A DNA stretch of 24,000 nucleotides, from contig JAHDEC010000002.1 of the NCBI GenBank assembly GCA_020629035.1, forward strand, positions 103,228-127,227, given 5' to 3'. Below, piece by piece: positions 15,450-24,000 of this stretch. Position 1 is the first letter of the stretch, and the number at the start of each line of letters is the position of its first letter. The notes below the pieces were generated by a model. It saw nothing but the letters and a program-made list of their open reading frames with translations. It did no database searches and had not been told where the DNA came from. The position numbers and the translations under genes are program-made. The stretch comes from Saprospiraceae bacterium. GTDB lineage: Bacteria > Bacteroidota > Bacteroidia > Chitinophagales > Saprospiraceae.

Positions 15450-18083
15450 ATGGAAATATCAAGCCAATATATTGCAAGTGAAATAGAGTCAAAATGGTAT
15501 CAACATTGGATGGATAATGGGTACTTTCATTCTGAGCCAGATGAGCGGAGTCCTTTTAGTATTGTGATTCCTCCACCCAATGTAACAGGTGTTCTCCATA
15601 TGGGTCATATGCTTAATAACACCATTCAAGATATCCTAATTAGGAGAGCAAGACAAAAAGGTTTAAATGCTTGTTGGGTGCCTGGTACAGACCATGCTTC
15701 GATTGCTACTGAAGCGAAGGTTGTAAAAATGTTACGTGAAGAAGGGGTTAAAAAGTCCGACTTGACCAGAGACGAATTTTTAAACCATGCTTGGGGTTGG
15801 AAAGATAAATATGGTGGAATTATCCTTGAGCAGTTAAAGAAACTAGGAGCATCTTGTGATTGGGAAAGGACAGCGTTTACTATGGATGACACAAGATCTG
15901 AAGGCGTAATTAAGGCTTTTGTGGATTTGTATAACAAAGACGTCCTATATCGAGGAAAAAGAATGGTTAACTGGGATCCACAAGCACAAACTGTTTTATC
16001 TAATGAAGAGGTACTATATAAGGAAGTGCAAGGGAATTTGTACCATATAAAATATATGCTTGAGGATGGTTCAGATTTCTTGACCATTGCTACAACCAGA
16101 CCCGAAACATTATTAGGCGATTCAGCGGTAGCGATACATCCAGACGACGAAAGATTTAAACACTTTCACGGTAAACGTGTCATTGTGCCTATTGTGAATA
16201 GGAGTGTACCCATCATTGTGGATGATTACGTTGATATTGAATTTGGTACAGGTGCTTTAAAGGTAACCCCAGCCCATGACATAAATGATTATGATTTAGG
16301 TAAGAAACATAATCTTGAAGTAATTGAGATTTTTAATGATGATGGTTCGATTAGCGAAGCTGGACAATTCTTTGTAGGTGAGGACAGATTTAAGGCGAGA
16401 AAGCTGGTAAAAGCTCAATTAGAAGAAGATGAACTTCTTGTGGAAGTAGAGCCATATCGACATAATGTTGGTCGATCAGAAAGAACTAATGCGGTAGTGG
16501 AACCTAAATTATCACTACAGTGGTATGTAAATATGAAAATGCTGGTTGACCCTGCATTAGAGGCAGTAGAGTCAGATACCGTAGAATTTTTTCCTAAAAA
16601 CATGAAAAATACTTACAGACACTGGATGGTAAATATCCGTGACTGGTGTATATCAAGACAATTATGGTGGGGACAGAGAGTTCCAGCCTATTATTACAAA
16701 GATGATGTATTTGTTTCAGAGAGCCCTGAGGGAGCATTAACAAAAGCTCAACAAAAATATCCAGATTTAAAGCAAGAAGACCTAAAGCAAGATGAAGATG
16801 TATTAGATACATGGTTTTCTTCTTGGTTATGGCCAATATCAGTATTCGATGGCTTCAACAATTCTAAAGATATTGAATACTACTATCCAACCAGTGTATT
16901 AGTTACTGGTTGGGACATCATTTTTCTTTGGGTAGCACGAATGATTATTGCGGGTTATGAATGGAAGGGTACATTTCCATTTAAGCAGGTTTACTTTACT
17001 GGGATGGTTCGAGATCAAAAGAGGCGTAAAATGAGTAAATCCTTAGGTAATTCTCCTGACGCTCTAGCGCTAATTGAAAAGTTTGGTGCTGATGGGGTTA
17101 GGTTTGGAATGCTTTCTTGTTCTCCTGCTGGTGGTGATTTGCTTTTTGATGAAAAATTGTGTGAGCAGGGAAGGAATTTTACTAATAAAATTTGGAATGC
17201 CTTAAGGCTTGTTCAGGGTTGGGAAGTTGAGTCCAACAAAACACAGCCTATTGAAAATGAACTTGCCATAGATTGGTTTACTTCATTGAGCAATAGCATC
17301 ATTGAAAGTCTGGATAAAAAGTTTGAAGAATATCGTTTATCTGAAGCCTTAATAGATTTATACAGTTATGTATGGACAGACTTTTGTTCGTGGTATCTAG
17401 AGATGGTAAAACCACCATATGGGGAGGCTATCGATATTTATACAAAGGAAAAAACAGTCGAACTTTTTAGATGTATTTGTACTTTATTGCACCCATATAT
17501 GCCTTTTATCACAGAGGAGGTTTGGTCTCACCTAAAGAATGAAACAATAAGTACTGATTGTATTCTTAGCCAGTACCCAATTCTAGATGTGGTAGATCCT
17601 CAGATTATCACAGAAACAGATATCATAAAATCAATAGTTTCGGGTGTGCGAGATTTAAGAAATAAGCACCAGATTAAACCTAAAGAAAAATTGACTTTGT
17701 TCGGCATAGAGGATAATATTACTAATGAACTAGTACAGGATCCAAAGAAAAAAGCAATGCTAACTAAGTTGTCATTCCTTGATGAGTTTGAGATAGTTGA
17801 TAGTGAACTTGAAAATGCTGTGAGTTTTATTGCAGGTAAAAGCAAATTTTTTATTCAGTTAAAACAAGAGATAAATATTGAAGAAGCCCTTGCAGAAAAA
17901 GAAAAAGAACTAAAATATCAAGAAGGATTTATTATTGGTGTCCAAAAGAAATTAGCTAATGAACGTTTTGTTCAGAATGCTCCAGAAGCTGTTGTCGCCA
18001 ATGAAAAGAAAAAATTAGCTGATGGCCTATCTAGGAAAAAGAACCTTGAACAATCCATTGAAGAGTTAAAAAGTCGCTTATAA
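15450..18083 (+). CDS. valS: Valine--tRNA ligase
   Basis: The 877-aa class I aaRS has HMGH at nt 15597-15608 and KMSKS at nt 17028-17042. It also has ValRS-typical blocks (PPPNVTG, TTRPETLLGD, WCISRQLWWG) and a C-terminal coiled coil. Confidence 0.97.
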   Translation: MEISSQYIASEIESKWYQHWMDNGYFHSEPDERSPFSIVIPPPNVTGVLHMGHMLNNTIQDILIRRARQKGLNACWVPGTDHASIATEAKVVKMLREEGVKKSDLTRDEFLNHAWGWKDKYGGIILEQLKKLGASCDWERTAFTMDDTRSEGVIKAFVDLYNKDVLYRGKRMVNWDPQAQTVLSNEEVLYKEVQGNLYHIKYMLEDGSDFLTIATTRPETLLGDSAVAIHPDDERFKHFHGKRVIVPIVNRSVPIIVDDYVDIEFGTGALKVTPAHDINDYDLGKKHNLEVIEIFNDDGSISEAGQFFVGEDRFKARKLVKAQLEEDELLVEVEPYRHNVGRSERTNAVVEPKLSLQWYVNMKMLVDPALEAVESDTVEFFPKNMKNTYRHWMVNIRDWCISRQLWWGQRVPAYYYKDDVFVSESPEGALTKAQQKYPDLKQEDLKQDEDVLDTWFSSWLWPISVFDGFNNSKDIEYYYPTSVLVTGWDIIFLWVARMIIAGYEWKGTFPFKQVYFTGMVRDQKRRKMSKSLGNSPDALALIEKFGADGVRFGMLSCSPAGGDLLFDEKLCEQGRNFTNKIWNALRLVQGWEVESNKTQPIENELAIDWFTSLSNSIIESLDKKFEEYRLSEALIDLYSYVWTDFCSWYLEMVKPPYGEAIDIYTKEKTVELFRCICTLLHPYMPFITEEVWSHLKNETISTDCILSQYPILDVVDPQIITETDIIKSIVSGVRDLRNKHQIKPKEKLTLFGIEDNITNELVQDPKKKAMLTKLSFLDEFEIVDSELENAVSFIAGKSKFFIQLKQEINIEEALAEKEKELKYQEGFIIGVQKKLANERFVQNAPEAVVANEKKKLADGLSRKKNLEQSIEELKSRL

Positions 18084-18207
18084 GTCATAAGTTAAAATAA
18101 AAGAGCAAGACTTTGTCGCCTAGTTTATATGCAGACACTAAAATTTTCTTTAATTTCCCATTTTAAAATTGTAATAATCTTAATCTTCTATACCAAAATA
18201 ATAGTAT

Positions 18208-20070
18208 ATGAAAAAAATTCTACTTTTAAGCTTTAGCCTTTTTGTTTGCTTTTCTGCTTTTGGACAGCAACGAATGAAAATTAAAAACTTTGATGCACAG
18301 CCAATGAAACCAGCAATGGAAACAATGAACGGACCTGGTGCATCTATTCCTGTTTCAGACAATATCATTATGAGAAATGCTACTGAAGTTGGAGAAACTA
18401 CCTACGATTTACAAAGTAACTCTTCAATGCCAAGTAGAGTAGTTAATCATGATGGAAACATTCTTTTATCATGGACGTATGGTAATACACCTCCTTTAGC
18501 CGGTGTGCCTGAAAGAGGTACTGCTTTTCGTATGAGAAATGGTGGTGGTGATTGGTCGCCTGAGCCTACTGCTAGAATCGAGCCTGTGAGAACTGGTTGG
18601 CCTTCAACAAACGTAACAGCAGGAGGAACTATCACAAACTTAGCTCACTCTGTTGACTATGATTTAGTTTTCTCTACAAGACCTTTGTCAGGAGGAGATT
18701 GGGATGTTAACTTTTTACCAACAGACACTCCTGTTGGAGCTTTATGGCCAAGATCAGCAACTGGAGGTCCTGATGGGAACTCTGTACATGCTATAGCGGT
18801 TACAACACCTGTAGCATTTGAAGGAGTTGTGCATGAAGGTATTGATGGTCACCTTTTATACTGGAGATCACAAGACGAAGGAGCTACTTGGGATGTACAA
18901 GATTTTATCATACCTGGATTAGATTCTTCAAGATATGTGGATATAACAAATGATGCATACTCAATTTCTTCAAATGGTAATACTGTTGCTGTGAGTGTAT
19001 TTACTGCGTGGAATGATTTGAATGTTTTCATTTCGAGAGACAATGGAGACACATGGGAAAAAAGAACTGTTATTGATTTTCCACTAAAAAAATATGTTAC
19101 TGATTCTGGTTACACCTATGAACAATTATCTGAAGATACAAATCCTAATAGACCTGATTCTCTAGCTATTCGTTCTAATGATGGAACAGGAATGGTGTTT
19201 GTTGATGGTGACGAAAAAGTGCATTTAACTTATTCTGAAATGTATGTTCAAGATACCGATTTACTGGATGGTTTAACAAGTCTTTACTTTAGCTCAGATG
19301 GGGTTTATTATTGGAACGAAGATATGGAAGATAATGAACGAATTGCTATTGCGTTTGCACAGGACATGGATGGAGATGGTGTTTTAAATGAGCTAATTAC
19401 TTTACCTGCAACTTATTTTGAAGCTCTATCAACACAATCATCAATTGGAATGGATGCAGAGGGTGTACTATACGTAACTTACTGTTCAATTAACGAGCTA
19501 CATGTTAATGAGGCAGGATCCGCATCGTATAATGTCTATATGGTTCACTCTACAGATGGTGGAGAAACATGGAGCGAAGAAATTAGAGATTTAACTGGAG
19601 AGTGTGAAGAAACAGCTCCTTTTGCAGAATTTGGATATGAATTCTACTTTGCTAAAATGGCTAAAAAAGTAGATGAGTACCTTCATGTGTTAGTACAGGC
19701 TGATTTACAACCAGGAACATCTGTGCAAGCAACAGAAACTCCTGATGGACCTGAAGCAAACCAAATGTTCTATATGGAAATTCCAGTTACTAGTAATACT
19801 GAGAACTTAACTGAAATAAAAGAATTAAATGTATTCCCTAATCCTGCATCTTCTACGTTAAATATAGAGATGGATATAATTGATGCGCAGTTTGCAACAA
19901 TTAATCTTTACAATGGGATAGGACAAATTGTTTACTCTAAATCAGTTGATAACGTGCAAAGTGCTCCGTATCATGTTATAGATACAAGAACCTTTGCAAA
20001 TGGATCATACTTCTTACAAATTGCTACTGAAAAAGAACAATTATCACAGACAGTGGTAATCAATAAATAA
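18208..20070 (+). CDS. Secreted BNR/Asp-box repeat (sialidase-fold-like beta-propeller) protein with T9SS C-terminal sorting domain
   Basis: It has a signal peptide (LLLSFSLFVCFSAFGQQ). Three Asp-boxes (SxDxGxTW) are present: SQDEGATW at 18868-18891, SRDNGDTW at 19033-19056 and STDGGETW at 19549-19572. The C-terminal roughly 80 aa (LNVFPNPASSTLNIEM...NGSYFLQIATEKEQLSQTVVINK, about nt 19825-20067) matches the Por_Secre_tail/T9SS CTD pattern. Confidence 0.8.
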   Translation: MKKILLLSFSLFVCFSAFGQQRMKIKNFDAQPMKPAMETMNGPGASIPVSDNIIMRNATEVGETTYDLQSNSSMPSRVVNHDGNILLSWTYGNTPPLAGVPERGTAFRMRNGGGDWSPEPTARIEPVRTGWPSTNVTAGGTITNLAHSVDYDLVFSTRPLSGGDWDVNFLPTDTPVGALWPRSATGGPDGNSVHAIAVTTPVAFEGVVHEGIDGHLLYWRSQDEGATWDVQDFIIPGLDSSRYVDITNDAYSISSNGNTVAVSVFTAWNDLNVFISRDNGDTWEKRTVIDFPLKKYVTDSGYTYEQLSEDTNPNRPDSLAIRSNDGTGMVFVDGDEKVHLTYSEMYVQDTDLLDGLTSLYFSSDGVYYWNEDMEDNERIAIAFAQDMDGDGVLNELITLPATYFEALSTQSSIGMDAEGVLYVTYCSINELHVNEAGSASYNVYMVHSTDGGETWSEEIRDLTGECEETAPFAEFGYEFYFAKMAKKVDEYLHVLVQADLQPGTSVQATETPDGPEANQMFYMEIPVTSNTENLTEIKELNVFPNPASSTLNIEMDIIDAQFATINLYNGIGQIVYSKSVDNVQSAPYHVIDTRTFANGSYFLQIATEKEQLSQTVVINK

Positions 20071-20092
20071 TAATACTCATAAGTGTAGTTAT

Positions 20093-20125
20093 AAAGAGCT
20101 GATGCAATGCATCAGCTCTTTTTTT
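20093..20125 (+). terminator. Strong intrinsic terminator after the BNR/T9SS gene
   Basis: AAAGAGCTGATGC (20093-20105) and GCATCAGCTCTTT (20109-20121) form a perfect 13-bp inverted repeat around AAT. A T-run follows to 20125. Confidence 0.8.
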
Positions 20126-20174
20126 ATGCCGTTAATTCTATTTAATAATATATATTTAGCATATAATTAAGCAG

Positions 20175-20876
20175 ATGGATAAAAGAGTAAATTCAGTTAA
20201 GGATGCGATTTCAGGAATTGAAAATAACATGACCCTCATGCTAGGCGGTTTTGGTTTGTGTGGCATTCCAGAGAATTGCATTTCTGCCTTGGTAGAAGCT
20301 AATATAAACGGCTTGACATGTATTTCTAATAATGCAGGAGTTGATGATTTTGGACTCGGCTTGTTATTGCAAAAGAAACAAATCAGAAAAATGATTTCAT
20401 CTTACGTAGGTGAAAATGATGAGTTCGAAAGACAAATGTTAAGCGGTGAGCTAGAAGTGGATTTGATTCCCCAAGGTTCTTTAGCAGCTAGATGTTATGC
20501 AGGAGGAGCTGGGATACCCGCATTCTTTACCCCAGCAGGATACGGGACTGAAGTTGCAGAAGGCAAAGAAATCAGATATTTCAATGGTAAACCACATTTG
20601 CTTGAGCATGCCTTAGAAGCAGACTATGCAATTGTAAAGGCTTGGAAAGGAGATTGGGATGGAAATTTGATTTACAAAGGTACCGCAAGGAATTTCAATC
20701 CTGCTATGGCTATGGCTGGGAAGATTACTATCGCAGAAGTAGAAATATTAGTCGCCCCAGGAGAACTGGATCCAAATGCAATCCATACACCAGGGATTTT
20801 TGTTCAACGAATTTTCCAAGGGGTTAACTATGAAAAGAGAATTGAACAGCGTACAGTTCAAGCTAAATTATCATAA
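20175..20876 (+). CDS. scoA: 3-oxoacid (succinyl-CoA:acetoacetate) CoA-transferase, subunit A
   Basis: It shows typical family I CoA-transferase A-subunit blocks: MLGGFGLCGIPE, ISNNAGVDDFGLG, SSYVGEN, LIPQGSLAARCYAGGAGIPAFFTP, GTARNFNPAMA. Confidence 0.9.
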   Translation: MDKRVNSVKDAISGIENNMTLMLGGFGLCGIPENCISALVEANINGLTCISNNAGVDDFGLGLLLQKKQIRKMISSYVGENDEFERQMLSGELEVDLIPQGSLAARCYAGGAGIPAFFTPAGYGTEVAEGKEIRYFNGKPHLLEHALEADYAIVKAWKGDWDGNLIYKGTARNFNPAMAMAGKITIAEVEILVAPGELDPNAIHTPGIFVQRIFQGVNYEKRIEQRTVQAKLS

Positions 20877-20885
20877 ACGAAAACG

Positions 20886-21539
20886 ATGCTAGATAAAAAC
20901 GGAATTGCAAGACGAATCGCTCAAGAGCTTCAAGATAAATGGTACGTAAATTTAGGAATAGGTATTCCTACATTGATAGCAAACCATGTTCCTGATGATA
21001 TCGAAGTAACTTTTCAAAGTGAAAATGGTATTCTGGGGATGGGGCCATTTCCTTTTGAAGGAGAAGAAGATGCAGATCTTATAAATGCCGGTAAGCAAAC
21101 CATAACAGCCTTACCAGGAGCGGCTATATTTGACTCTGCAACAAGTTTTGCTATGATTAGAGGTCAACATATACAATTAACAGTACTAGGAGCCATGGAG
21201 GTGGCTGATAATGGAAATATTGCTAATTGGAAGATTCCAGGAAGAATGGTAAAGGGAATGGGAGGAGCTATGGATTTAGTAGCTTCAGCGGACAATATTA
21301 TAGTAGCGATGATGCACACAAACAAGCGAGGTAAATCAAAACTATTAAGGCAATGCTCACTTCCTTTAACTGGTGTTGGCTGTGTAAAGAGGGTTGTCAC
21401 TAATTTAGCAGTCTTAGACGTTACTCCAAATGGATTTAAATTAATTGAACGTGCACCAGGTGTTACAGTAGAACAGATTCAAGAAGCTACTGAGGGAAGA
21501 TTAGTGGTTGAAGGAGATATACCCGAGATGAACTTATAA
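20886..21539 (+). CDS. scoB: 3-oxoacid CoA-transferase, subunit B
   Basis: It has the catalytic-Glu motif SENGILGMGP, plus GGAMDLV and other conserved B-subunit blocks. It starts 9 nt after scoA. Confidence 0.9.
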   Translation: MLDKNGIARRIAQELQDKWYVNLGIGIPTLIANHVPDDIEVTFQSENGILGMGPFPFEGEEDADLINAGKQTITALPGAAIFDSATSFAMIRGQHIQLTVLGAMEVADNGNIANWKIPGRMVKGMGGAMDLVASADNIIVAMMHTNKRGKSKLLRQCSLPLTGVGCVKRVVTNLAVLDVTPNGFKLIERAPGVTVEQIQEATEGRLVVEGDIPEMNL

Positions 21540-21576
21540 AAAAAGCCCTTATTGAAAATCAATAAAGGCTTTTTTT
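21538..21576. terminator. Bidirectional intrinsic terminator between convergent scoB and rplT
   Basis: The sequence is AAAAAAAGCCCTTATTGA-AAA-TCAATAAAGGCTTTTTTT. It forms an imperfect hairpin with one C/A mismatch, flanked by an A-run on the left and a T-run on the right, so it can terminate both strands. Confidence 0.75.
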
Positions 21577-21597
21577 GATGCAATAAATAATGTATCG

Positions 21598-21942
21598 CTA
21601 TTTTACTTTATTTACTATTGATTTAAAGCTTTCAGGATGATTCATAGCTAAGTCAGCTAATACCTTTCTGTTTAAATCAATATTGTTTTCTTTTAATTTA
21701 TGCATGAATACTGAATAAGACATACCTTCCATTCTTGCTGCTGCATTTATCCTTGTAATCCACAATCTTCTGAAAGCTCTTTTTTTGTTTCTTCTATCTC
21801 TGTATGCATATTGCCATGCTTTTTCAAGGGCATTTTTTGCAACAGTAAAAACGTTACTTCTTGCTCCGAAGTATCCTTTTGTTTGTTTAAGTATTTTTTT
21901 TCTTCTCCTTCGAGAAGCCACAGAATTAACTGATCTAGGCAT
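21598..21942 (-). CDS. rplT: 50S ribosomal protein L20
   Basis: The protein begins [30 protein letters not shown]...[25 protein letters not shown], which is canonical L20. Confidence 0.97.
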   Translation of the reverse strand: MPRSVNSVASRRRRKKILKQTKGYFGARSNVFTVAKNALEKAWQYAYRDRRNKKRAFRRLWITRINAAARMEGMSYSVFMHKLKENNIDLNRKVLADLAMNHPESFKSIVNKVK

Positions 21943-22009
21943 AATTATTAGTTTGTAAAGTTAAGAGGTCAGTATTGACACTTTATCCTCAACTTTGGTT
22001 TATTGCTTG

Positions 22010-22207
22010 TTAGTTTATTCCTAACAATGCTTTAATTCTTTTTTCATCGGCTTTAGCAACATTCGTTGATCCAGCTAACCTTAATTTTGCTTTTTTTGTT
22101 TTCTTGCGCAAAAGGTGTGAAGTACCAGCTTGGAAACGCTTAACTTTCCCCGAGCTTCTTACTCTAAATCTTTTCTTTGCACTAGAATTTGTCTTTACCT
22201 TCGGCAT
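22010..22207 (-). CDS. rpmI: 50S ribosomal protein L35
   Basis: The protein begins [24 protein letters not shown]...[10 protein letters not shown]. It is 65 aa, sits between infC and rplT, and is canonical L35. Confidence 0.95.
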   Translation of the reverse strand: MPKVKTNSSAKKRFRVRSSGKVKRFQAGTSHLLRKKTKKAKLRLAGSTNVAKADEKRIKALLGIN

Positions 22208-22227
22208 CTAAATAATTTTTAAGACCG

Positions 22228-22235
22228 CAAAGATA
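22228..22235 (-). promoter_or_regulatory. Possible internal -7 promoter box (TATCTTTG on the minus strand) for rpmI-rplT
   Basis: The plus strand reads CAAAGATA, so the minus strand reads TATCTTTG, which matches TAnnTTTG. It lies 20 nt upstream of the rpmI ATG in the infC-rpmI spacer. Confidence 0.3.
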
Positions 22236-22262
22236 AGTATATTAAAGAAATAAGCAATGGAA

Positions 22263-22850
22263 TTACTTTTTCTTTTTAACAGGAGAAATAATTGTAATCA
22301 TTCTTCTCCCTTCCAACTTAGGTAAGTTTTCAGCAGCACCTAAACCTTCTAGCTCTGCAATAAATCTAAGAAGTAAAAGCTCACCTCGGTCTTTATAGAC
22401 AATAGTTCGTCCTCTAAAGTGAACATATGCTTTTACCTTAGCTCCATCCTCTAGGAATTTTTTGGCGTGTCGAAGCTTGAAATCAAAGTCATGATCATCG
22501 GTATTAGGGCCGAATCGGATTTCTTTAACTACAGTTTTAGAAGTGTTAGCCTTCATCTCTTTTTCTTTCTTTTTCTTGAGATAAAGGAATTTGTTGTAGT
22601 CTATTATTTTGCAAACTGGTGGGTCTGCCTTTGGACTTATTTCTACTAAATCTAATCCTGCAGAATTTGCCCAGTTTAGTACTTGTGAAGTATTATATAC
22701 ACCTACTTCAATTGTTTGTCCCACTTCCTCAGAAACTTTATCTAAATCATCACCTACCAGTCTGATTTTTGGAACTCTGATGTATTCATTAATTCTAAAA
22801 TTAAATTTAGTGTCTCTTTGTGGAATTCTCCGTTTTACTCGTCTTGCCAA
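22263..22850 (-). CDS. infC: Translation initiation factor IF-3
   Basis: It contains [17 protein letters not shown]...[23 protein letters not shown]...[32 protein letters not shown]...FRGR, which is canonical IF-3. Only a TTG (22848-22850) is available as a start after the upstream in-frame stop, consistent with the non-AUG starts typical of infC. Confidence 0.93.
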   Translation of the reverse strand: MARRVKRRIPQRDTKFNFRINEYIRVPKIRLVGDDLDKVSEEVGQTIEVGVYNTSQVLNWANSAGLDLVEISPKADPPVCKIIDYNKFLYLKKKKEKEMKANTSKTVVKEIRFGPNTDDHDFDFKLRHAKKFLEDGAKVKAYVHFRGRTIVYKDRGELLLLRFIAELEGLGAAENLPKLEGRRMITIISPVKKKK

Positions 22851-22911
22851 ATGTTTGTTTGTTAATTATTAATCTTTTATCATATTAAAGCTAATATAAA
22901 ATTTTGTTAGC

Positions 22912-24000
22912 TTATTTAATATCCTCAGTTATTTCATCTTCTACAGCAACAATAATCACATTTTCTTCTTTTTCGTTCATTATTGCCTTAATCTTACTTC
23001 CTTCTTTTGGATTATTATGTAAAATAAAATCTGCTAGAGGTTCTTCTAGATGCTTCTGAATAGCTCTATTTAATGGACGTGCACCAAACTGAGGATCAAA
23101 TCCCTTCTCAGCAACAAACTTTTTAACTTCTTTACTTAAAGTAAGATCTAAGCCCATATTTTCTAAGCGACCAAACAGTTCCTTAAGCGTAATATCAATG
23201 ATCTCAAAAATGTGTTCTTTTTCAAGTGAATTGAAAATAATGATATCATCTATTCTATTTAAAAACTCCGGTGAGAAGGTCTTCTTCAAAGCTTTTTGAA
23301 TAATAGCTTTCCCATCATCATCATTTGACTTTTGCCTTGCTTCAGTTGCAAAACCCACACCTGTCCCAAAATCTTTCAATTGTCTAACACCGATATTTGA
23401 TGTCATAATGATCATAGTATTTTTAAAATCTACTTTCCGACCTAATCCATCAGTCAACATGCCATCATCTAAGACTTGCAAAAGAATATTGTAAATATCT
23501 GGATGAGCTTTTTCGATTTCATCAAGAAGTATAACAGAGTATGGTTTCCTTCTAACTTTTTCTGTCAGTTGCCCACCTTCTTCATAGCCCACGTAGCCTG
23601 GAGGAGCTCCTATTAGTCTTGAAAGAGAAAATTTCTCCATGTACTCAGACATATCGACACGAATTAATGCGTCATCTGAATCAAAAACATAACGAGCTAA
23701 AGACTTAGCCAACTCAGTTTTACCAACACCTGTGGGGCCAAGAAAGATAAAAGTACCTATTGGTTTATTAGGATCCTTCAGACCTATTCTATTACGCTGG
23801 ATAGCTTTAGTAATCTTTGAAACAGCATCATCTTGTCCAATGATGTGTTCTTTCATGGTGTCGACCATGCCTACTAACTTTTTACTCTCTTTTTGAGCAA
23901 CCTTTGTTACTGGTATACCCGTCATCATTGAAACAACTTCTGCTATATCATCTTCATTAACTGGATATCTTGTTTTCTTCGCTTCTTCTTCCCAATCTAA
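22912..24000 (-). CDS. clpC: ClpC-type AAA+ chaperone / Clp protease ATP-binding subunit, C-terminal part (second AAA module and C-terminal small domain); the 5' end lies outside the window
   Basis: The frame is open to nt 24000 (LDWEEEAKKTRYPVNEDDIAEVVSMMTGIPV...). It has Walker A (GPTGVGKTE), GAPPGYVGYEEGGQLTEKVRRKPYSVILLDEIEKAH (Walker B), the sensor region (MTSNIG) and GARPLNRAIQ. The sequence looks more ClpC-like than ClpB-like, but it is partial. Confidence 0.88.
   Translation of the reverse strand, partial: LDWEEEAKKTRYPVNEDDIAEVVSMMTGIPVTKVAQKESKKLVGMVDTMKEHIIGQDDAVSKITKAIQRNRIGLKDPNKPIGTFIFLGPTGVGKTELAKSLARYVFDSDDALIRVDMSEYMEKFSLSRLIGAPPGYVGYEEGGQLTEKVRRKPYSVILLDEIEKAHPDIYNILLQVLDDGMLTDGLGRKVDFKNTMIIMTSNIGVRQLKDFGTGVGFATEARQKSNDDDGKAIIQKALKKTFSPEFLNRIDDIIIFNSLEKEHIFEIIDITLKELFGRLENMGLDLTLSKEVKKFVAEKGFDPQFGARPLNRAIQKHLEEPLADFILHNNPKEGSKIKAIMNEKEENVIIVAVEDEITEDIK

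Noticed and set aside
15626-16087. A 153-aa ORF antisense to valS, plus the smaller antisense ORFs at 16415-16603, 16594-16836 and 17600-17845.
   Set aside because: All lie entirely inside a strongly supported ValRS coding frame. Their translations are Ser/Leu-rich low-complexity sequence typical of the reverse frame of an AT-rich gene, with no recognisable motifs.
22467-22872. Two plus-strand ORFs (60 and 87 aa) antisense to infC.
   Set aside because: They are fully overlapped by the well-supported IF-3 frame, and their translations have junk-like composition.
1-24000. I searched for CRISPR arrays, transposases or integrases, phage genes, toxin-antitoxin or defence-system genes, tRNA/rRNA genes and long direct or inverted repeats.
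   Set aside because: Nothing of this kind was recognisable. Every ORF above about 100 aa has a housekeeping, metabolic or envelope assignment. All intergenic gaps are under 140 nt and lack tRNA-like GC-rich arms or repeat-spacer periodicity. I cannot exclude short dispersed repeats without a computational self-alignment.

Overview
This AT-rich, gene-dense window (about 24 protein genes, short intergenic gaps) looks like ordinary chromosomal core of a Bacteroidota, probably Flavobacteriia-like, bacterium. The lineage call rests on a T9SS C-terminal sorting domain, a CarboxypepD_reg-type TonB-dependent receptor paired with a DUF4249 lipoprotein, FecR-coupled ECF sigma factors, TAnnTTTG -7 promoter boxes and no Shine-Dalgarno sequences. 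Housekeeping and central-metabolism genes dominate: a type II glutamine synthetase fragment, HMG-CoA lyase, hppD, an NhaC-family transporter, valS, scoA/scoB, infC-rpmI-rplT and a clpC fragment. I saw no rRNA, tRNA, CRISPR array, transposase, integrase, phage gene or recognisable defence gene. Less ordinary content falls into four places. (1) A four-gene module at 1807-6942 encodes an ECF sigma, a FecR anti-sigma, an STN-domain TonB-dependent transducer and a DUF4249 lipoprotein, with unknown ligand. (2) A tightly coupled AhpD-like CxxC protein and ArsS-type radical SAM pair at 11025-12436 has no arsM in view and a DUF6438-like lipoprotein downstream. (3) A lipoprotein plus FemAB/GNAT-like acyltransferase pair at 12576-14361 lies next to a second ECF sigma/anti-sigma pair. 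(4) A secreted BNR/Asp-box protein with a T9SS tail lies at 18208-20070. I do not see compelling evidence for a wholly new system. The ArsS-centred cluster and the TBDR-DUF4249 signalling module are the best candidates for follow-up, and both are extensions of known families, not new architectures. All family assignments come from motif recognition by eye and need HMM or BLAST confirmation.
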